This document shows, piece after piece, positions 8,514-14,352 of a stretch of 14,352 nt of DNA. The DNA comes from an uncultured bacterium (GTDB lineage Bacteria; Hydrogenedentota; Hydrogenedentia; Hydrogenedentales; JAEUWI01): contig CAXBPH010000179.1 of assembly GCA_963977445.1 (NCBI GenBank), positions 1-14,352 on the forward strand, read 5' to 3'. The translations under genes and the position numbers were made by a program. Position 1 is the stretch's first letter, and each line of letters begins with the position of its first letter. The notes under the pieces were generated by a model. That model had not been told where the DNA came from and ran no database searches. It saw only the letters and a program-made list of their open reading frames with translations.

Positions 8514-8565
8514 TTGCAAAATGGCGTCATTAATGCTAGGATATATCGTGAGGTTGCGATATATA
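8514..8565 (+). promoter_or_regulatory. Sigma70-type promoter with overlapping inverted-repeat operator upstream of the MMPL operon
   Basis: TTGCAA (8514-8519), 17 nt, TAGGAT (8537-8542) preceded by TGn. Perfect inverted repeat ATATATCG (8541-8548) N8 CGATATAT (8557-8564) in an AT-rich island. Confidence 0.6.
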
Positions 8566-8635
8566 AATTTATTGGCCCCGGCTGAGACTGCGGATAGCGT
8601 GGGTGCCCCAATGGGACCCGCCAAAGGAGCTTGTC

Positions 8636-11464
8636 ATGAAATTAAGTGAAACAGTTGCACGGATCTCCCTCGACCATCCGCGACGAATTGCTGTGTCGAT
8701 GGCGGTCCTGTGTGTCGTCGTGGGTAGTCTCGCCATTGGCCCCTCTATCGCGCCCACCTACTTTCCTCAATTAAACGGGGTAAATGTGGATACGGATCCA
8801 GAGAACATGCTGAGCAAGAGCGAAGCGGTTCGGGTCTTCCACAACGACATGAAGGCCCTCTTTTCCCTGAACGATATCGTCGTTCTGGGTGTGGTCAATG
8901 AAGTAGACGAACAGGGCGTTTTTAATCCTGCGTCCCTGCGCAACATCTACGATCTGACCCAATATGCCCTGACCCTCCGGGGCGACGTCATCGGAGAGAA
9001 GGATCCGACGGCAGGCGTGATTCGCGCCGATGTGATAGCGCCCTCAACCGTCGACAATATCGAGCAAGGCGGCCCGGGCGTCGTCCGCTTTGAATGGCTC
9101 ATGCCCACGCCACCGAAGACGGAGGAAGCCGCCGAAGCCATTCGTGACAAAGCCCGCCGGATACCCTTTCTGGATGGTACCCTGCTCTCGGAAAGCGGCC
9201 AGGCCTTGTGTCTTTACCTCCCGCTGACCTCAAAAGATCTGAGTTACGCGGTCTACGATAAGTTGCAGGACAAGATAGCCACGATGGCCGGAGATGATCG
9301 CTTTTTTATCACCGGACTGCCCGTGGCCAACGACACCTTCGGCCACGAGATGTTTGTGCAGATGGCCATATCGGCACCCATGGCCATGGTGGTCATTTTC
9401 CTCTTGATGTTGTTCTTTTTTCGCAAGCTCGTCCTGATTGTGTCGCCCATGATTATCGCCATGGCCGCTGTCATCTGCACCATGGGAACGTTGATCATTA
9501 CGGGCAACACCATCCACATCATGAGCTCCATGATTCCCATATTCATCATGCCCATTGCAGTTCTCGACTCCATTCACATACTTTCGGAGTTCTTCGACCG
9601 TTATCAGAAGACCCGCGATCGCCGCAAAACCATGCTGGCGGTGATGGATAATCTTTTCGCCCCCATGCTGTATACCTCACTCACCTCCGCAGCGGGCTTC
9701 GCCTCCCTCGCCTTGACGCCCATTCCGCCGGTGCAGGTCTTCGGCATATTCGTGGCCATGGGCATCATGTTGGCCTGGCTCTTTACGATCACCTTCATTC
9801 CCGCTTACGTCATGTTCATCCCCGAGAAATGGCTGGAAAGCTTCGGTATGGCCGACACGGAAGAATCCGCCGCCGCCGAGGAAAAAAACTTCATGGGCCG
9901 ATTCCTTCACCGTATCGGACATTTTACCTTTCTACATGCCAAGGCCGTCGTCATCGCCGCCCTCGTGATTCTGGTGGTCGCTGTCGCGGGTATGAGCCGC
10001 ATCCGCATCAACGACAATCCAACCAACTGGTTTAAATATTCCCACCCCATCCGTGTGGCCGACCGGGTATTGAATGAGCATTTTGGCGGCACCTACATGG
10101 CCTATCTCGTGTTGCGCGCCCCTGGTGAGACCTCAAGTCCCGCCATGGCAGGGGAGACTGCCATCCCCGATGGCACGATGGATACGTCCGAAGCGCCCGT
10201 GTTACCCGCAGGACTCGGCGAGGCCCCTGCATTGCCTGCCGGTCTCGGAGATTCCTCAGAACCCGGTCTCCCGGCCGGACTGGGTGGTGCGGCGGTAGCG
10301 CCCGAGCCGGTGGCGACAGTGGAGGAGAAGGAAGCCATATTCAAGAATCCCGACGTCCTCCGATACATGCGGGACCTCCAGGACTACCTGCTGACCACCG
10401 GGGTAGTGGGTAAGTCCAACTCCCTGGCCGACGTCGTCAAGACCGTTCACCGGGAGTTGATAGACGGAACGGACGAAAACTTTCGCATTCCCGACAGCTC
10501 CGCCGCGGTGGCACAGTGTCTTATGCAATACCAGAGCAGCCACCGGCCCAACGACTTGTGGCACCTGGTCACCCCGGATTTTCGTCAGACGAGCCTGTGG
10601 GTCCAGCTGCGTAGTGGTGACAACCTCGATATGACCCATGTCGTAAGCGCAGTGGAATCCTATTTTGTCGAAAACCCGCCGCCCCTCGCACTGGAGCACC
10701 AGTGGTTTGGCCTGTCCTACATCAACGTCGTCTGGCAGGAAAAAATGGTGGCCGGCATGCTTCAGGCCTTCCTCGGAAGCTTTCTTGTCGTGCTGCTCAT
10801 GATGATCGTTCTCTTCCGCTCCGCCCTTTGGGGACTGCTCTCCATGATTCCCCTGACCCTGACCATTGGCCTGATTTATGGGGTAGTCGGCATCGTGGGG
10901 AAGGACTACGATATGCCTGTCGCCGTGCTCTCTTCCCTCACACTCGGGCTGGCGGTCGATTTCGCCATCCACTTTTTGGTGCGTTCCCGTGCCCTTCATA
11001 AAGAACACGGTTCCTGGGATGCCTGTCATGACCATATTTTCGGCGAGCCTGCACGCGCCATAACGAGAAACGTGGTGGTGATCGCGGTCGGCTTTACGCC
11101 CCTGCTTTTCGCGCCCCTACTGCCCTACGTTACCGTGGGCGTTTTCCTGGCGGCCATCCTGCTGGTTTCGGGGTTGGCGACGCTCCTGCTCCTGCCCTCC
11201 ATCATACGCCTGGCAGAAACGCGGCTCTTCCCCGTGAATGGTGCGCCCACCGTAGCAAGTCGATTTGGCACCATCTTCACCGGGTGTGTTACCGCCATCG
11301 CGCTGGTGGCCATAAATCTGCACCAATTCCTCGACCTGACCTGGGCCCTTCTCGGTCTGGTGGGTCTGTTGACGACCCTCGTCGCGGCCATCGTGAGCTG
11401 GATTGTAGCCCGTCGATATCATGCTATGGGCAACCGTGAGGCTTCCCTGACGGCGAAGGACTGA
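8636..11464 (+). CDS. MMPL/RND-superfamily transporter (about 942 aa)
   Basis: Two repeats of TM, periplasmic domain and TM bundle. Motifs PIAVLDSIH and GLAVDFAIH carry conserved TM Asp residues. ATG 8636 has AAGGAG upstream and is preferred over the track start 8603. Confidence 0.92.
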   Translation: MKLSETVARISLDHPRRIAVSMAVLCVVVGSLAIGPSIAPTYFPQLNGVNVDTDPENMLSKSEAVRVFHNDMKALFSLNDIVVLGVVNEVDEQGVFNPASLRNIYDLTQYALTLRGDVIGEKDPTAGVIRADVIAPSTVDNIEQGGPGVVRFEWLMPTPPKTEEAAEAIRDKARRIPFLDGTLLSESGQALCLYLPLTSKDLSYAVYDKLQDKIATMAGDDRFFITGLPVANDTFGHEMFVQMAISAPMAMVVIFLLMLFFFRKLVLIVSPMIIAMAAVICTMGTLIITGNTIHIMSSMIPIFIMPIAVLDSIHILSEFFDRYQKTRDRRKTMLAVMDNLFAPMLYTSLTSAAGFASLALTPIPPVQVFGIFVAMGIMLAWLFTITFIPAYVMFIPEKWLESFGMADTEESAAAEEKNFMGRFLHRIGHFTFLHAKAVVIAALVILVVAVAGMSRIRINDNPTNWFKYSHPIRVADRVLNEHFGGTYMAYLVLRAPGETSSPAMAGETAIPDGTMDTSEAPVLPAGLGEAPALPAGLGDSSEPGLPAGLGGAAVAPEPVATVEEKEAIFKNPDVLRYMRDLQDYLLTTGVVGKSNSLADVVKTVHRELIDGTDENFRIPDSSAAVAQCLMQYQSSHRPNDLWHLVTPDFRQTSLWVQLRSGDNLDMTHVVSAVESYFVENPPPLALEHQWFGLSYINVVWQEKMVAGMLQAFLGSFLVVLLMMIVLFRSALWGLLSMIPLTLTIGLIYGVVGIVGKDYDMPVAVLSSLTLGLAVDFAIHFLVRSRALHKEHGSWDACHDHIFGEPARAITRNVVVIAVGFTPLLFAPLLPYVTVGVFLAAILLVSGLATLLLLPSIIRLAETRLFPVNGAPTVASRFGTIFTGCVTAIALVAINLHQFLDLTWALLGLVGLLTTLVAAIVSWIVARRYHAMGNREASLTAKD

Positions 11465-11557
11465 AACGTAGAAATCAGATAGGGATTGGGTCTGGCTACA
11501 CCGTGGCTGCACAAGGGTAAATCGAAAATCCAAGTGATTGGAATAAGGAGAAGAAAC

Positions 11558-12367
11558 ATGAACGTTAAAAAGCATCTGGGCCTGCTGGCCCTTGCTGTAG
11601 CGACAAGCGTAACCGCCGTTGCACAGGACGCTCCCACGGTAGATGAAATCGTGGCCAAGGCCAACCATATGACCTACTACCAGGGGCCAGATGGACGGGC
11701 CAAGGTCACCATGACGGTCACGGACAAACAAGACCGGGTTCGCACGAAGGCCTTCACCATTCTCCGAAAGAATATGGATGAAAAAGATCAGGCCCAGCGC
11801 TTCTATGTTTTTTTTCACGAGCCCTCCGACGAGCGGGGTACCGTCTTCATGGTGCACAAGAACATTGGTCGCGACGACGATCGCTGGCTCTATTTGCCCG
11901 CCCTGGATCTGGTAAAACAGATCGCGGCAGGTGATGAGCGCACAAGTTTCGTGGGGTCCAATTTCTTCTATGAAGATGTTTCCGGCCGGGGGATAGAGGA
12001 AGATACCCACGAGCTGCTGGAGACAACCGCCAACGCCTATGTGATGAAAAATACGCCCAAAGACCCGGCAAGCGTCGAGTTTGATTCCTATACCGTGTAC
12101 ATCGATAAGAACTTCTTCATCCCCTTCGAAATTCGATTCGAGAAAGGCGGTGTGGTTTACCGCATTGCCAAGGTTCTCGGTGTAAAGGATGTGAAGGGCA
12201 GTGATGGAACGACCTATAAAACGGTCACAAAATCTCAAATGCTCGACGTGGAATCCGGTGGCTCAACCACCCTCGACTACAGCACGGTAGAATATGGTGT
12301 AGGCTTAACGGATGACCTGTTTACCGAACGCTATCTCCGGAAGCCGCCCCAGGAATTCTTGAAGTAG
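11558..12367 (+). CDS. LolA-like 'outer membrane lipoprotein-sorting protein' (periplasmic)
   Basis: ATG 11558 with AAGGAG RBS and Sec signal MNVKKHLGLLALAVATSVTAVA-Q. Family motifs FFHEPSDERGTVF, DDDRWLYLPALDLVKQI, SFVGSNFFYED, LFTERYL. Confidence 0.88.
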   Translation: MNVKKHLGLLALAVATSVTAVAQDAPTVDEIVAKANHMTYYQGPDGRAKVTMTVTDKQDRVRTKAFTILRKNMDEKDQAQRFYVFFHEPSDERGTVFMVHKNIGRDDDRWLYLPALDLVKQIAAGDERTSFVGSNFFYEDVSGRGIEEDTHELLETTANAYVMKNTPKDPASVEFDSYTVYIDKNFFIPFEIRFEKGGVVYRIAKVLGVKDVKGSDGTTYKTVTKSQMLDVESGGSTTLDYSTVEYGVGLTDDLFTERYLRKPPQEFLK

Positions 12368-12405
12368 AGCGAATTCGTGTAGGGATTTCAAAAGGATAGA
12401 CCGCG

Positions 12406-13899
12406 ATGGACACAACCCACCGGAAAAATGCGACCCACTACCCAAGGCTATTCCTGGCCTTGTGCCTCCTCGGTTTTTCCCTGTCGGCCCTTGCCCAGGA
12501 GGAGCCAACCCTGCCTCCAGGCCTGGCACCGGAAGCGCCCACTGCGGACGTGCCGGCACTGCCGCCCGGGTTGGGTGGCGGTGCTGAGTCACCGTCGTTA
12601 CCCCCCGGACTGGGGGGGGATACGGCGTCCCCTTCCTTGCCTCCCGGTTTGGGCGGCGGCGCAGAATCCGATTCCGACACCGGCGGTGGGGAGCCTTCCG
12701 TGCACCTCACCGATCATCTGCCTCCCTGGCTCCACGGTTTCTGGGAGGCCCGCGTGGGCATGCGTACCCACAACGACCCGGAACAGCCGGGCGACATCAG
12801 TATGGGCGAGTCCCGCCTTCAATTGGAGGGGAAGAAATACTGGGGCGACACGGCCCTCGAAGTGACCGCCGATGTTTTTGGCGACGTCGTGAGCGAAGAG
12901 GCCGAGTTTGACCTGCGCCAATTCCGCCTCACCTTTTCCCCCCTCGACTCCGTGGACGTCCGGGTGGGCCGTCAGGTATTGACCTGGGGCACCGGCGATC
13001 TCCTTTTCATCAATGACCTGTTTCCGAAAGACTGGCAATCCTATTTCCTCGGCCGCGATCAGGAATATCTCAAGGCACCCTCCGATGCCATCAAAGTCGG
13101 CTGGTACCCCAAATGGCTGAAGATGGAAGTGGTCTATACACCCCGTTTTGACCGGGACCGTTTTATCCGTGGCGAACGCGTGACCTACTTCAGCCCCCTC
13201 TTTGGCCCTTCCGGCCGTGACCGGCAGGTACAGAGCAGTCCGCCCAACGACTGGTTTCAGGACGATGAAATAGCCCTGCGCCTCTACCGTCGTCTGGGCG
13301 CTTTTGAAGTGGCCCTCTACGGTTACCACGGCTATTGGAAGAGCCCGGGGGGACAGACCTTTGTGCCCTTCGAGGCCACCCACCCCCGACTCAACGTGTA
13401 TGGAGCAAGCGCACGGGGCCCCGTGGGTAAGGGCCTCCTGAACATGGAGTTGGGCTACTACGATTCCCGTGATGACCCACAGGGCACCGATTTCGGCGTA
13501 AACAACAGCGAATTTCGTTTTCTCATCGGTTACGAGCGAGAACTCGCCAAAGAACTGACCGGTGCGGTCCAGTATTACCTGGAGCACATGATGGACTACG
13601 ACAACTACGCCAGCTCACCCTTCTTCCGGGTATTTCCCAAGCGGGATGAAGATCGCCATGTCCTCACGGTCCGGCTGACAAAACTGATGATGGACCAGAA
13701 CCTGATTCTGTCCTTTTTTGCCTACTACAGTCCATCAGACCAGGACGCCTTTCTACGCCCCAAGGCCACCTACAAGGTAAACGACCGGTGGACGGTCGAA
13801 GGCGGCGGCAATGTTTTCGTGGGGAAGGAACCCCATACCTTCTTTGGCCAGTTTGGATCCTCCACCAACGTCTATGCCTCCGCGCGCTATTCTTTCTGA
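12406..13899 (+). CDS. Probable outer-membrane beta-barrel protein (DUF1302-like) with N-terminal Pro/Gly repeats
   Basis: Signal peptide ending SALA-Q. Motif VRVGRQVLTWGTGD, alternating aromatic/hydrophobic strands, C-terminal YASARYSF with terminal Phe. Third gene of the MMPL-LolA-like-barrel triad. Confidence 0.78.
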   Translation: MDTTHRKNATHYPRLFLALCLLGFSLSALAQEEPTLPPGLAPEAPTADVPALPPGLGGGAESPSLPPGLGGDTASPSLPPGLGGGAESDSDTGGGEPSVHLTDHLPPWLHGFWEARVGMRTHNDPEQPGDISMGESRLQLEGKKYWGDTALEVTADVFGDVVSEEAEFDLRQFRLTFSPLDSVDVRVGRQVLTWGTGDLLFINDLFPKDWQSYFLGRDQEYLKAPSDAIKVGWYPKWLKMEVVYTPRFDRDRFIRGERVTYFSPLFGPSGRDRQVQSSPPNDWFQDDEIALRLYRRLGAFEVALYGYHGYWKSPGGQTFVPFEATHPRLNVYGASARGPVGKGLLNMELGYYDSRDDPQGTDFGVNNSEFRFLIGYERELAKELTGAVQYYLEHMMDYDNYASSPFFRVFPKRDEDRHVLTVRLTKLMMDQNLILSFFAYYSPSDQDAFLRPKATYKVNDRWTVEGGGNVFVGKEPHTFFGQFGSSTNVYASARYSF

Positions 13900-13954
13900 C
13901 AGGCGGACAATTCTGAGTTGGATGGCCGGGGGCATACACTAAATGATATACAGC

Positions 13955-14352
13955 AAGCCCCATGGCGTCACGTTTTTTGCATGTCTCCCAATGGCCTTGT
14001 GTCTCAGGAGGTCGGGCATTCCTGCCCGACGAAAGCTGAGCGTGAGACCACCGACACCTCACGCCCGGCGAAGCGCGCCGAAGCCCATCCCATACTAACA
14101 GACCTACAAGAAGCCCCATGGCGTCACGTTTTTCGTATGTCACCCAATGGCCTTGTGCCTCAGGAGGTCGGGCATTCCTGCCCGACGCAACGTTAACGTG
14201 AGACCACCGACACCCCACGCCCGGCGAAGTGTGCCGAAGCCCATCCCATACCAACAGACCTACAAGAAGCCCCATGGCGTCACGTTTTTCGTATGTCCCC
14301 AATGGCCTTGTGCCTCAGGAGGTCGGGCATTCCTGCCCGACGCAACGTTAAC
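13955..14352. repeat. Tandem array of ~156-bp units each carrying a REP-like hairpin (BIME-like), truncated by the window end
   Basis: Unit starts (AAGCCCCATGGCGTCACG) at 13955, 14111 and 14267. Perfect hairpin GTCGGGCA-TTCC-TGCCCGAC at 14011-14030, 14167-14186 and 14322-14341. Confidence 0.92.

Noticed and set aside
7039..13587. Long antisense ORFs (7039..8352, 10256..11035, 11117..12238, 12598..13587)
   Set aside because: Typical GC-rich shadow frames opposite well-supported genes, with no recognisable motifs.
13664..14302. 212-aa minus-strand ORF with 52-aa repeats
   Set aside because: Arises because the 156-bp unit is a multiple of 3. It overlaps the barrel gene antisense, and the 1-nt indel in unit 3 breaks the frame.
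13955..14352. CRISPR interpretation of regularly spaced 20-bp palindromes
   Set aside because: The intervening ~136 bp are near-identical between units rather than unique spacers.

Overview
GC-rich bacterial chromosomal window with three gene blocks and two palindrome-rich repeat regions. (1) A minus-strand YtrA-like operon: GntR regulator, ABC ATPase, ABC permease, and a >=836-aa ORF missing from the ORF track (2508 to the window start) that fuses a multi-TM permease-like N-terminus to a DUF1565/pectin-lyase-like beta-helix domain. All three junctions are ATGA overlaps. A sigma70-like promoter, a YtrA-type operator and an apparent ATT start codon precede the GntR gene. (2) A ~1.2 kb intergenic mosaic of REP/MITE-like palindromic repeats with a 409-bp period. 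(3) Minus-strand Tat-exported PhoD phosphatase followed by a ZIP (GufA/ZIP11-like) metal transporter. (4) A divergent plus-strand triad: MMPL/RND transporter, LolA-like periplasmic protein and probable outer-membrane beta-barrel. The first and third share a PxLP(A/P)GL(G) repeat, and a promoter with an ArsR-like inverted repeat lies upstream. (5) A ~156-bp tandem array of REP-like hairpins runs off the right end. Family assignments come from motif recognition by eye; no searches were run.
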